A stretch of 64,000 nt of DNA, from NCBI GenBank assembly GCA_963663965.2, contig CAXXFK010000032.1, positions 108,192 through 172,191 of the forward strand, in the 5' to 3' direction. Positions 1-9,927 of this stretch are shown here, piece after piece. The translations under genes and the position numbers were made by a program. Each line of letters opens with the position of its first letter. Position 1 is the first letter of the stretch. Below the pieces are notes generated by a model. The model saw only the letters and a list, made by a program, of their open reading frames with translations, did not search any database and was not told the origin of the DNA. Source of the stretch: Sedimentisphaerales bacterium (GTDB lineage: Bacteria; Planctomycetota; Phycisphaerae; Sedimentisphaerales; SM23-30).

Positions 1-47
1 AATACTCCCATATGGAAACAAAAGGTAATAAAATCCAATAAAAACAT

Positions 48-75
48 TTGCATTCCCGCTTCGCCGTGTCATAAT
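48..75 (+). promoter_or_regulatory. putative sigma70-type promoter of the first operon
   Basis: TTGCAT-N16-CATAAT with TG just upstream of the -10 box, ~55 nt before ATG 130. Confidence 0.35.
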
Positions 76-129
76 AGCTATAGTGAAAAAATTAATTTCT
101 TTTAAAACCCTTTTAATGGAGGTATCGCA

Positions 130-837
130 ATGAAAACCAAAGTAACAATCCTGGCAGCAATCGCATCCAGCCTGATGGTGTTTCTGCTCGCCGGATGCGG
201 TTCAAAACCCGCATCTAAAACCCAGACAACCGTTTTGCCCTCCGACGACCAGGCATCGTTAATGATGGCCGAGGGCATGATCCGCGAATCGCTGTTCGAC
301 AGCGCTCTGGCCGAGTTAAACAAGGTCACCAATAAGTCCGGTAGCAATTACCACTATCTGGTGGCCCAGTGCTATCTCGGTCAGGACAATACCGCCGAGG
401 CCTACACCCATATCGAACAGGCCCTGCAGAATAATCCCAACAGTTACCGGAATCTGTCAGTATTGGGCCAGATCCGGTTCCTGCAAAAACAGTACCCCCA
501 AAGTGCTGAAGCCTATCGCCAGGCGCTCAATTATGCCGCCAATGATGAAGTTCGCAGCCAGTTGCAGTACAACCTGGCCATGACCTGCATGGCGGCCGGC
601 CAGTTTACCCGCGCCGATGAACACTTTCAGGAGTACCTCAAGCATCAGAACTACGTCACCAACGATGACAAAATGACTGCCGGCGCCATCGCCTACGCCG
701 TGGGCGACCATAAACGCGCCTTTAATTACTGGAAAGACCTTTCCACCGATGACAAAAACAAAATCCTCGTCTCCGTACAAAGTGAATCCGAACAATATCA
801 GAATCTCGTAACCTCCAGTGAAGTAGAAAGGTGGTAA
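130..837 (+). CDS. TPR-repeat lipoprotein
   Basis: GGAGG RBS; lipobox LAGC; several TPR-like helix pairs (YHYLVAQCYLGQDNTAEAYTHIEQAL, LGQIRFLQKQYPQSAEAYRQAL). Confidence 0.85.
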   Translation: MKTKVTILAAIASSLMVFLLAGCGSKPASKTQTTVLPSDDQASLMMAEGMIRESLFDSALAELNKVTNKSGSNYHYLVAQCYLGQDNTAEAYTHIEQALQNNPNSYRNLSVLGQIRFLQKQYPQSAEAYRQALNYAANDEVRSQLQYNLAMTCMAAGQFTRADEHFQEYLKHQNYVTNDDKMTAGAIAYAVGDHKRAFNYWKDLSTDDKNKILVSVQSESEQYQNLVTSSEVERW

Positions 838-842
838 TCACT

Positions 843-1832
843 ATGAAACGCTCAATAACAATTCTCACACTCGTTATCTCTGTAATCGCTCCGACCGCTC
901 TGTTCGCGCAGTCGACAGTTGAAGGAACCGGCTACCTGCCCAAATTCGAACCCAAAAGCAACATGAAAGTTTTGGAGGAAAACCTCAAAAAGACCGGCGA
1001 ACTGGCGGACCTGCTCAAAAATGGCAACGACGAACTCAGCGAAGCCGTTAAACAGTACAAAGACAACCGCCAGCCGGATACCAAGGCCCGCGTCTACAAC
1101 CTCCTGGGAGAATTAGCCAATAAAACCGTCACTCAGATCGACAACATTGTTTCCAACAAAGACCGCATGAAAGACGGCATGCTCGAAATGAACTATAAAA
1201 TGGCCAAAATCAAGGCCTCGCTGGATGAACGCAACAACGCCTTCTCCCAGCACGACAAAACCATCCACCAGGAAGCGGACGAACTGAAGAAAGAAATGCA
1301 GGATCTGGCCCGTCAAATCAAAAATGATCCGGAAAACCAGGAACTCCGCTTCCAGTTCCGCAGCAAACTGATCAAACTCTACCACCTGGACAAACGCTTG
1401 AAAACCATCCAGGCCCACAAACGCCTGAATACTACTTTCGGCGAACAACTGGCCAAGATCGACACCTTCTTCCGTGACATGAATCAGAACATGGATCATT
1501 TCGTGATGAACCTGAAAATCCAGAAGCAATCGCTTATCGAAGAAATCAAACTGATCCAGTATTCCGCCGAACTCAATGACTGGCTGCTGGCCCAGACCGG
1601 TGACAGTCAATCGGCCTTCGCCATGATCGGCAAAATCAAGGACCTGAGTTCCGCTCTGAAACAGTTTGAAGTCGCCACCGACGCCATGATCTGCATGGAT
1701 GACATGAATGAAATCATCCAGACCCTTCCCGATGTCAGCGATCTGCTGGGTGAATCCAGCGGTCTCAACCTCAATGATCTGGATAAAATGATCGATACTT
1801 TCGCCAATATGGATGTCACTGCCAGCAAATAA
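843..1832 (+). CDS. secreted coiled-coil hypothetical protein
   Basis: Signal peptide MKRSITILTLVISVIAPTALFA|Q; long heptad-rich helical body; probable start ATG 843. Confidence 0.75.
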   Translation: MKRSITILTLVISVIAPTALFAQSTVEGTGYLPKFEPKSNMKVLEENLKKTGELADLLKNGNDELSEAVKQYKDNRQPDTKARVYNLLGELANKTVTQIDNIVSNKDRMKDGMLEMNYKMAKIKASLDERNNAFSQHDKTIHQEADELKKEMQDLARQIKNDPENQELRFQFRSKLIKLYHLDKRLKTIQAHKRLNTTFGEQLAKIDTFFRDMNQNMDHFVMNLKIQKQSLIEEIKLIQYSAELNDWLLAQTGDSQSAFAMIGKIKDLSSALKQFEVATDAMICMDDMNEIIQTLPDVSDLLGESSGLNLNDLDKMIDTFANMDVTASK

Positions 1833-1870
1833 TGATAGTAATATTAACCTACCTTCTCAAGGAGATAGCC

Positions 1871-2536
1871 ATGAAAAAATTCAATACCTTAATCGTTCTG
1901 ATCGTAACCCTCGCCGGCATCGGCGCGTTGCAGGCCCAGGAAACCCAATCCGGCTCGCTTATTCCCGAACTCAATAAGACGAATAACGGCGAAACGTCAC
2001 TGACCAATGCCATTGAACCAATTCAACAATATTATCAACAACTCGGTTGAAGGCGAATACGACAGCCTCAAACAGAATAACGAGTACAACAAACAACGGA
2101 TCGTCGAACTGCAAAAACAAATCGAACTCAAAAACAAAGAGCTCGAAATGATCCCTCAGATCGTCAGCCGCCAGTTTGATGAACTCATGCAGCTGTACGC
2201 CAACGCTTCTCAAAAAGAAAAGAACAAGGCCGCCGAAGACCTGCACCAGCGCTGGCAGATGCGTGAAAAAGAAATCCAGACGGAACTGAAAATGCTCAAC
2301 GAACAATTGTCGCTCGCCCAGACTCGCGAAATCGATTCCAACCAGGAAATGGCCCAGATCCGGATCAAGTCAGCCATTGAGAAATATCAAACCTGAACAT
2401 CCCGGAAGAACCGGCCGCGAAACCCGGCCCCGCCGGCCCCAACGAGCCCTATCAGATACTCATGGATATGTCTACCCGGCGTAAACTCGCCCAGATCCAG
2501 ATGTTCTGTCCCATCAAAGTCAAAACCATTCTCTGA
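1871..2536 (+). CDS. secreted coiled-coil protein, split by two single-base indels (~2045, ~2390)
   Basis: AAGGAG RBS, signal peptide MKKFNTL...ALQA|Q; frame continues as VEGEYDSLK... and then NLNIPEEPAAK...VKTIL* if one extra G and one missing A are corrected. Confidence 0.65.
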
Positions 2537-2573
2537 TTATTGCAAATTCTCGCCCAGGAAAGGATATGGTATC

Positions 2574-3155
2574 ATGAAAACGCTACTTACACTCACAGGC
2601 AACATCGATCCGATTATGGCAGCCCTCTTTCTCTTGTCGGTTATTTGCCTGGCGGCAATTCTGGATCGATTCCTCTTTTGGCTCTGCTCAGGACTTCGTT
2701 ATCGTCGCATCGATACGGAATTGTTTGGCCCCACTGAACCCGGCCGCCGCCTCTTATTGCAGCGTCTGCAAAACCGTAGGAACCTCCATTTCACTGAAGC
2801 GGTTATGGTGGCCGGGCTTCAGGAGCCCCATAGTGTAAGTCGTCTTCATCAGGCTGCGGGAGAACAGATCGAGTTGATGTCCAGGCGACTGGGCACGCTC
2901 GATCTGATCGCCCGTATCGCCCCCCTCGTCGGGATTCTCGGCACCGTCGTCGGCATGTCCCGCAGCTTCGGCGGCATCAGCGCCATTGTCACAGCCTCTC
3001 CCGACGCCATCAGCCAGGGCATCAGCCTGGCCCTGCGTACCACTGCCTGCGGCCTGGTTATCAGCCTGGCAGCCACCATTGCCGCGGTCACCTTCCGCAA
3101 AAAAATCCGTCAGGCCTCGCTGGATATGGGGAGGATTATCTGTGAATTCGAATAA
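2574..3155 (+). CDS. exbB: MotA/TolQ/ExbB proton channel family protein
   Basis: Signature IAPLVGILGTVVGMSRSF...ISQGISLALRTTACGLVI; 3 TM helices. Confidence 0.9.
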   Translation: MKTLLTLTGNIDPIMAALFLLSVICLAAILDRFLFWLCSGLRYRRIDTELFGPTEPGRRLLLQRLQNRRNLHFTEAVMVAGLQEPHSVSRLHQAAGEQIELMSRRLGTLDLIARIAPLVGILGTVVGMSRSFGGISAIVTASPDAISQGISLALRTTACGLVISLAATIAAVTFRKKIRQASLDMGRIICEFE

Positions 3156-3633
3156 TTCCAATCCGACTTTCGTACCGTTTGGCGCAAACCTCGCCGATAA
3201 TACGGCCTCGGCGGATCTCACCCCGATGCTCGACACGATCTTCCTGATCATCCTGCTGCTCTTGTCGACCCTGATCAACAGCACCATCGTCAGGGGATTC
3301 GAAGTGAGCCTGCCCGCCGTCAACGGAGAAATGGCTGTCCAGAAAGAACAGGACCGCATCGAAATCTCCGTGGATCAGACCGGCCAGGTCTATATCGGCA
3401 AAGAGATCATTTCACCCAATGCACTGGCCACAACGCTGTCTGATCAAGCCCGGCAATCACCCGATGCCCGCATCTTCCTGCGGGCCGACGATTCAGCCAA
3501 CTATGGCCGTGTCGCCCAGGTTCTCAACCTGATCTCCAGACACATGCCGGGCCATCCGCTTGTTATTATCGCCGAACAGGCCGCCCATCCAACCGCCACT
3601 ACCCAACCCCGAAAGGAGTCCGATCAATCATGA
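3142..3633 (+). CDS. exbD: ExbD/TolR biopolymer transporter
   Basis: DLTPMLDTIFLIILLLL TM with conserved Asp; V.LP; IFLRADDSANYGRV; GTG start at 3142 behind GGAGG. Confidence 0.9.
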   Translation: MNSNNSNPTFVPFGANLADNTASADLTPMLDTIFLIILLLLSTLINSTIVRGFEVSLPAVNGEMAVQKEQDRIEISVDQTGQVYIGKEIISPNALATTLSDQARQSPDARIFLRADDSANYGRVAQVLNLISRHMPGHPLVIIAEQAAHPTATTQPRKESDQS

Positions 3634-4656
3634 AAACTCGATGGATCATATGTCTGATACTCTCATTAGCTGTACATGCCGGCTGGTTATTTTACCAGAA
3701 CATTAAGACCTCCCAGGCGCCCGACCAGTCTCTGGCCCAGTCTTTAGCCAAAATCCAGTTGCTCATGCAAACCATACAACAGCAAGCCGAACCGCCGGCC
3801 CCAATCGAATCCAATGCTCCGGAAGAACCAACCCAGGCACAAAACGAACCACAACCCGAACTAACCCCCGAAATGGACACCGTCATTCCCGAAGAATTGA
3901 AATTCAAACCCAATTTAGAGGAAGGAGCTCTCGCAGAAAATGAAACCGAACTACCCCAACCCATCGAACCAGAATCCGAATCCGTCGCATCCCAGCCAGA
4001 ATCCCTCCAGCCAGCCGCCGAGGAACTTGTGGATCGAATACCGGCTGAAACAATCCGCCCGCAAACGAACGATAATCCTGAGGAACATCAGGTTTTTCGC
4101 CGACGATTGCTCCAGGACATGGACGAAAACTGGCAAAGCATTCCAGACCTTAATACAAAAATTCCGGACCTTGTTCAACTGCCTGATATCGACCGTCATT
4201 TCGGTATTGTTCTGATGGCCTACTGCTTTAAAGACCACAAACCCTCTGCGCCCTTCCTGGTCTTCGATCGTGAATCCGGGGCCTTCGTTCCCAACGATAC
4301 CCTCGACTTCTCACGCTTTTCCAATCGCATGAAGGAACGATCCCTCACTCCCGATCAGCAGCAGCAGCTCCAGTGTCGGAAAGAAGCCAGCCAGATTACC
4401 TCGCTGACCAAAACCGTCCGGCTTGATCCCGGTCGAAACCGACCGCTATTTCGCCGGAAAACAGATCGCCGCCATCCGCCAGGCCGGTGTATCACTCGAC
4501 AAAGTCGCCGCCACCAACGGCCACTACGAACTAAACTGCTCCGGCGGCTACAGCCTTATCATCGATACCGTGCATACGACCGATGGTCAATTAATCCCTG
4601 TCCAGGATGAAGAAGTCGTCTATTCCAAAGCGCAGTCCGTTTGCCAGAATATTTGA
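3630..4656 (+). CDS. TonB/TolA-like energy transducer with atypical C-terminal domain (indel at ~4418)
   Basis: N-terminal TM with SxxxH motif (ILSLAVHAG); Pro/Glu-rich linker; removing one C joins ORF 3630 to ORF 4423-4656. Confidence 0.65.
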
Positions 4657-4677
4657 TCTTTCTGAAAGGAGCTTACC

Positions 4678-5265
4678 ATGCCACGTTATGTCTATTATTT
4701 CGCCGCAACGTTAGCCGTTTTGATCGCCCTGTTATTGATCACCGAAAGGTGCCCCGGTCAGTCCATACCCGCCACGGATAAACTGCATGCCGCCTTTCTG
4801 ATCGAAGACCACACTCCATCCGAAACGGTACTCGACAAAAACTACGACGACCAGTCACTGCTGCACCTTATGCAGGCTGAATCCCATCGCTTCAATCGGT
4901 ATGACGTGCTTCCATTCCAACCCCTGCTGCTACAATACGACCGGGAACTGATTGACAACGCCGTGTTCGAACTTCTACTAACTGAAGATCTCGCCTACAC
5001 CATAGACCGCCTGCGCCAGATGGACAACGACCGTTACCGCCTCTCTGAATTCTGCCGGCTCGCCCGCCAGAACCAGATCGACTGCCTGATCGTCATCACT
5101 CTCACCAAGGGCTCCAAAACAAATGAGTATCGCTGCGACTACCTCGATACCGCATCCACCCAGTGCGTCCGCTATGACACGGTCACCATGACCAGAAACG
5201 AATCTCAGGCCACCTTGTGCCGCCAACTGACTCGCACACTCTGGAAACTGGCGCCCAAAGAATAA
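4678..5265 (+). CDS. exported hypothetical protein
   Basis: AAGGAG RBS; hydrophobic N-terminus; last gene of the operon. Confidence 0.7.
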   Translation: MPRYVYYFAATLAVLIALLLITERCPGQSIPATDKLHAAFLIEDHTPSETVLDKNYDDQSLLHLMQAESHRFNRYDVLPFQPLLLQYDRELIDNAVFELLLTEDLAYTIDRLRQMDNDRYRLSEFCRLARQNQIDCLIVITLTKGSKTNEYRCDYLDTASTQCVRYDTVTMTRNESQATLCRQLTRTLWKLAPKE

Positions 5266-5271
5266 CCCCCC

Positions 5272-5295
5272 GGCCACGTGAAAGTTCACGTGGCC
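5272..5295. terminator. hairpin between convergent operons
   Basis: GGCCACGTGAA-AG-TTCACGTGGCC perfect inverted repeat between stops at 5265 and 5321. Confidence 0.6.
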
Positions 5296-5320
5296 CTTCT
5301 GGTTCAGGCGCCGGGCCCGC

Positions 5321-7156
5321 CTATTCGGTCAGTTCTAACAAAGCCAGCTGCTTCAGCGTCAGAAAATCCTCATCGGTCGGCAACACCTTATCCGGATCAT
5401 GCAAACAATAATAATACCCCAGGGCCGCGTACTGGATCGCCAGTTCCTTCTCCTGCCGTCCCTGGTGATACCGGACTTTGTCCAGGTAATAACGTTGACG
5501 GGGTTCAAAGTAATCCATACACCAATTGACCACCTTTTCCACAACTTCCTCTTTAATTTTCCTTTCAACATCCAGCATCGTCTCTTTCTCCTCTAATGGG
5601 TCTTCTTTGATTCCCGCCACTTCAACCGCATCCTGATAGGTATCATCTATTTTGCATGGGGCTTTGAACTCCTCGCTTGCTACTACCCGGTCTTCCTCAG
5701 CTGAATACAAACGGGGGATTACTATTATCAATCCTTCCAGATGCTTCTCTCCCGCCTGATATTTTATTGTTTCAAACCGTTCTTTCTTTTTGCTCTTTTC
5801 AGGAATATACGGCCATCTGGTCTGATCGGCCCCATGGGTTGCCAGCATCAGATCATATTGGGGATTGGGCTCTTCATCGACTAACTTGACGACGGCCGTT
5901 TTGTCGACAACTTTACTATTATCGCTGGTTACAAAATTCGTTACATTCCCAAAAATGGCATATTGATGATTCAGTAAAACCACCGTTTTAACTAATCCGT
6001 TCTGATTGATATCAAATCTCGGCTTGGTCGGCTCATCAATATGAACTCCATAGGGCAAACGCTTTGTCAGGCGGGCGATAATGGAGGCAGTGATTTCCTT
6101 GCCGATATCCGATTTATCTTTGGGTGATTCAAAGTCCGCGACCCCGATTTTCACCTTCAGCAATTCTTGCATCCGGTCTTCACAAGCCACTTTAAGTTGA
6201 TCGATTTCTGCGTCTTTCGAATTGATCAGATCCGCTTTGGCCGACGCGACATAAGCCAGATAATCATGAGCTTGCGCCTGTTCCTTATAGCCCAGATTTT
6301 TATAATATTCCGCCCCGTCCTTTTGTATCCGCGCGTACAGATCATCGCAATTGCCCACCTTCACCTGATGGAACAACACATAAGCGCTGTAATACTGCTT
6401 ATTCTTCAGGTAGGCCTCCAGTTTGGCTCGCACCGCCTTTTCCGTCATCGCCTTTACCTTGTTCACGATGGGATCGGCGACTGTTTTCACCGGGACCGGA
6501 TCTTCCGCCAGCCACTTCCCAAGGGTCTCCTGCGCCAGCGCGTATTGTGCATTATCACAATTCGACTGAATCGTTTGCATATAATGCTGATCCCTGGCCT
6601 GAATAATTCCGGTGCGTTGCTGAACCAGGCCCTGATTCTCTGTATCGATGGCTATCGCCTGGGCAATCGCCGCGTAGCCGGCCTGCCAGTTGCCTTCCGC
6701 TTTCATGGTCTGCGCCACCGTCACATACTGGTCGCGCGCCTCTTTCAGCTTAACCAGCTGACTTTCATACCGCGACAATACTGCCGCGATTTCTGCCTTG
6801 CCATTATCGTAACGAGCTTTGGTTTTCAACAGGGTAATCGCGTTCTGATGTTCCACCAGGGTTTTGCCATCTTTCATCAACCGTTCCGCCTGGGCGACGG
6901 TCGCGCCGGTAATTTTGTCCTTTATCAAATCGATCTGCAATTGGACCTTCGCTTTCTCCGCTTCGCCCGAAAACGGTGCGCCCTGAACTTCATTCAAGCA
7001 GATCGTCAGCGAGTCCACCGCCTTCTCCCATTCTTCCGCCTGGACAAACGCCTCGCCATCCAGACAGGACTGGGGCTTCTGACATCCGGTCGAAAAACTG
7101 AAAACGACCAGTCCCGCTGCCAATAAAACCAACTGCCATCGATTACGATTTTTCAT
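5321..7156 (-). CDS. large helical/TPR-like lipoprotein with a CsgG/FlgO-like C-terminal region
   Basis: Lipobox STGC; helical repeats; KIGVADFESP...GKEITASIIARL and AIFGNVTNF resemble CsgG-family alpha/beta fold. Confidence 0.65.
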   Translation of the reverse strand: MKNRNRWQLVLLAAGLVVFSFSTGCQKPQSCLDGEAFVQAEEWEKAVDSLTICLNEVQGAPFSGEAEKAKVQLQIDLIKDKITGATVAQAERLMKDGKTLVEHQNAITLLKTKARYDNGKAEIAAVLSRYESQLVKLKEARDQYVTVAQTMKAEGNWQAGYAAIAQAIAIDTENQGLVQQRTGIIQARDQHYMQTIQSNCDNAQYALAQETLGKWLAEDPVPVKTVADPIVNKVKAMTEKAVRAKLEAYLKNKQYYSAYVLFHQVKVGNCDDLYARIQKDGAEYYKNLGYKEQAQAHDYLAYVASAKADLINSKDAEIDQLKVACEDRMQELLKVKIGVADFESPKDKSDIGKEITASIIARLTKRLPYGVHIDEPTKPRFDINQNGLVKTVVLLNHQYAIFGNVTNFVTSDNSKVVDKTAVVKLVDEEPNPQYDLMLATHGADQTRWPYIPEKSKKKERFETIKYQAGEKHLEGLIIVIPRLYSAEEDRVVASEEFKAPCKIDDTYQDAVEVAGIKEDPLEEKETMLDVERKIKEEVVEKVVNWCMDYFEPRQRYYLDKVRYHQGRQEKELAIQYAALGYYYCLHDPDKVLPTDEDFLTLKQLALLELTE

Positions 7157-7292
7157 AAATAAACCTCTCAATCATAGTATTTTCCTTGGAATCAAAAACT
7201 GTCTTATTGATTATTGTCATTTTATTCAGAAACAATCTTACTGTTTCAATCAACGTCAAAATCAAGCCTCTGAGTCTTCTTAACGCTTATCC

Positions 7293-7310
7293 ATCCCGAT
7301 CGATCGGGAT
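7293..7310. repeat. isolated copy of the TCCCGA-N4-TCGGGA palindrome
   Basis: ATCCCGATCGATCGGGAT; same core as copies at 61.8-63.5 kb. Confidence 0.6.
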
Positions 7311-7444
7311 TCGTGGTTCACTTCCTGGGTGTTTTCTGAGTGGCTTCGCTTTGTGTGAGATATTTTCTTATCGGGTGGCGGCTTGACCGCCCTGAGCTCA
7401 TTCGTAGTTCTGCTATAACAACTGCTTACCGGCGTTCCTCCGCG

Positions 7445-9355
7445 TCATTCCATCTCCCTCTGACAATCCACCACCAGCACCACCCGAAATCCAAGATTGT
7501 CACTGCTGCCTTTTGCCGGCACCCCCCGCCGGGCCGCCGACCGGCACAAAAATGGCATATCGCGCCAGGAACCGCCTCGCACCACCCTGGTCGTCCCCTG
7601 CGTATTGAGCGGATCGACAGCGGTCGCGTCGCTGTAATTCCCAAAGGAATCTTCACACCATTCCGCCACATTTCCGTGCATATCGTACAGCTGCCAGCGG
7701 TTCGGTTTCAACGCCCCCACCAGACCCGGCGATTTGACTTTAAGGGGATAGCTGCACCGGCAGATCTGATGCACGCCGCTCATATTGTCATTCCCGTTAT
7801 TATAGGCCGTATATCTCACCTTTTCATTGGGCTTCTCTATGGTGGCCCGGCACGCATATTCCCACTCTGCCTCGGTGGGCAATCGATAAGTCCGACCTTC
7901 CACCAGCGACAGCTTGCTGCAAAAGGTTTTCGCCTGATCCCAGGTAATATCTACGATCGGAAAATTGGGGTCCAATTGTTTATAGGTGCTGGGGTTCGTC
8001 TCCATCAAACGTTCCCACTGCCCCTGGGTTACCTCACAGGCGCCGATGAAAAACGATTTCGTCAGGATAACTTTATGACGGGGCCGCTCACTCTCATCAT
8101 GCCCTTCCTCATTGCTGTCACTGCCTTGTAGAAAGGTCCCCGGCTGAACGTGAACCAGCTTCATCCCGATCGAATTCACATAAGTCGGCATCGAACAGAT
8201 ATCAAACATAAGCGCTCGCAATTCCGCTGTCTTTTGAATCGCCCGCTCTCTTTGCTCGTTATATGGCGTTAATCGGTCCGGTTCCGCCGGCAAGGATTTC
8301 ATTTTCGCGTTTAACTCACCGATCGCTTCTTCCTGAACGGCCAGAGCCAGTTCCAAATCGTTAACCGGCTGCCAGTCTGGCCGGCGGTCCATCTCAACTT
8401 CGATCTCGTCCAGACGCTGCGCTATCGCACCCAGATGACTTAAGACCGTATCCCACGGATCCCGGTTGGCAAGAATCATCTGACCGCTCGTATACCCCCG
8501 CAAGATCGGGGTCTGTTCTTTGCCATTTGCCAGACACCAATTGGCGACCCCTTCGACCACATAGCCAAACAATTCATGGACTGTCACCTTGTGATCCTTA
8601 TTGCCGTCCACCTCCATATCCGCCATTCCCGCCAACCCCTTGATCAACTCCGCCGTAAACACTCCCAGCTTTTCGGCATCATTCTCGTAGGATAACTGGC
8701 TGGCATCACAACTGCTCATGGTCAGAAAACCGGCCTTATCGAAATTACGGCTGATATTATCCGCCGCGCTGGAACTGGCATCGGCATCCTTGCCCCCGCT
8801 GTGACAGGCATCCAGGATTAACAGCCGCTGCTTGGCCGCACTGGTCTCCAGTAACTCTTTGACCAGCGACATGGCGATCATCTTAGTCGTGTCTTTGCCA
8901 TCCGCCGCAGTATCCAGGGGTAACAGATAACCGGTATTGGTCCCATGCCCGGAATAATAGACAATCAGCAAATCATCCTTTTTCACCTTCCCGGTTATGG
9001 CAGTCAGTCGGTCCCGGATATTTGATGTTATCGGACTATTTACCCCCTCCGAATCGTCCGTCATCACAAAAACATGATCCGATTTAAATCCGACGGTTTT
9101 CAAACACTCAGCGAAATGGGTGGCATCGTTGCAGGCATATTGTAACTCAGGCACTTTCCAATTCTTATAATTCAATCCAATCACAATCGCCCAGCGATCC
9201 CCGATCGCACCGCCATTATTATCCGGGGGCACAATCTCAAACTGCTTACCGGCTGGCGACACTCCGGACTCTTGCGCCCACACAACCAGACCTGACATCA
9301 GCACAAACAAACTGATCCACACCTTAACGGTTCTCATTTTAATCGATCCAGCCAC
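7445..9355 (-). CDS. secreted caspase-like (peptidase C14) protein fused to a formylglycine-generating-enzyme (FGE-sulfatase) domain
   Basis: Signal peptide; WAIVIGLNY, YYSGHG (His) and LDACHSG (Cys) dyad; C-terminal RLPTEAEWEYACRA, LYDMHGNVAEWC, RVVRGGSW, LGFRVV; GTG start behind GAGGTG. Confidence 0.9.
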   Translation of the reverse strand: MAGSIKMRTVKVWISLFVLMSGLVVWAQESGVSPAGKQFEIVPPDNNGGAIGDRWAIVIGLNYKNWKVPELQYACNDATHFAECLKTVGFKSDHVFVMTDDSEGVNSPITSNIRDRLTAITGKVKKDDLLIVYYSGHGTNTGYLLPLDTAADGKDTTKMIAMSLVKELLETSAAKQRLLILDACHSGGKDADASSSAADNISRNFDKAGFLTMSSCDASQLSYENDAEKLGVFTAELIKGLAGMADMEVDGNKDHKVTVHELFGYVVEGVANWCLANGKEQTPILRGYTSGQMILANRDPWDTVLSHLGAIAQRLDEIEVEMDRRPDWQPVNDLELALAVQEEAIGELNAKMKSLPAEPDRLTPYNEQRERAIQKTAELRALMFDICSMPTYVNSIGMKLVHVQPGTFLQGSDSNEEGHDESERPRHKVILTKSFFIGACEVTQGQWERLMETNPSTYKQLDPNFPIVDITWDQAKTFCSKLSLVEGRTYRLPTEAEWEYACRATIEKPNEKVRYTAYNNGNDNMSGVHQICRCSYPLKVKSPGLVGALKPNRWQLYDMHGNVAEWCEDSFGNYSDATAVDPLNTQGTTRVVRGGSWRDMPFLCRSAARRGVPAKGSSDNLGFRVVLVVDCQREME

Positions 9356-9927
9356 CAGATCACCTCATTAATATTCGAATCCAGGCTTTCATTCCTTATT
9401 GGGCTCAGGCATTTTATCCGACAGCAATAGCCCACTGTCATAGTAAATTTTATTTAATAAATGCCGGCTGCTCCTATAGGCCTCAAAATAAAATTTTATC
9501 CTAACATCCCAACGCTTAACTTGCAAGAAAATATCCAGTTTCGATTTTTACCCGGGTTGGATGCGGTTGAAATTTTGACTTGTTTAAACTGAAAATCGTG
9601 TTAAAATAGATGAATAGTTATCGGTTTTGGCTCAAAAGTCATTGTATAGATAGTTCTTGGCCTCGGATTGGGGATCCTTTTGGCAACCCCATATCCTGGA
9701 CCCGCCTTTAATATAAATATTAAATATTATTATTGTAGCACTGCTTATTATGCTAAATAATTTATCTGGCGCTCGAAAAGAGATTATTTTGATTTACTTT
9801 GTCCCCGATAAACTGCCCGCCTTATGCTCCCCAGGTCTTCAGGTTTGTATGCGGCTACTCACACTTAATGAGTATTTCTAATAGGCGCGCTCAACTATAA
9901 AATTTCGTCTATCAGTGAGGCATAATC

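Noticed and set aside
1871..4656. Programmed frameshifting or true pseudogenes in the motor operon
   Set aside because: The indels are single bases in short homopolymers, lack slippery-site context and recur in other clusters; sequencing error is more parsimonious (needs read check)
7445..7600. DGR variable region at the end of the FGE-domain gene
   Set aside because: No template repeat or reverse transcriptase was seen in the window
6167..8131. Long antisense ORFs (6167-7126, 7340-8131; likewise 16493-17473 and 56923-57882)
   Set aside because: Shadows of well-supported genes on the opposite strand, with no motifs of their own
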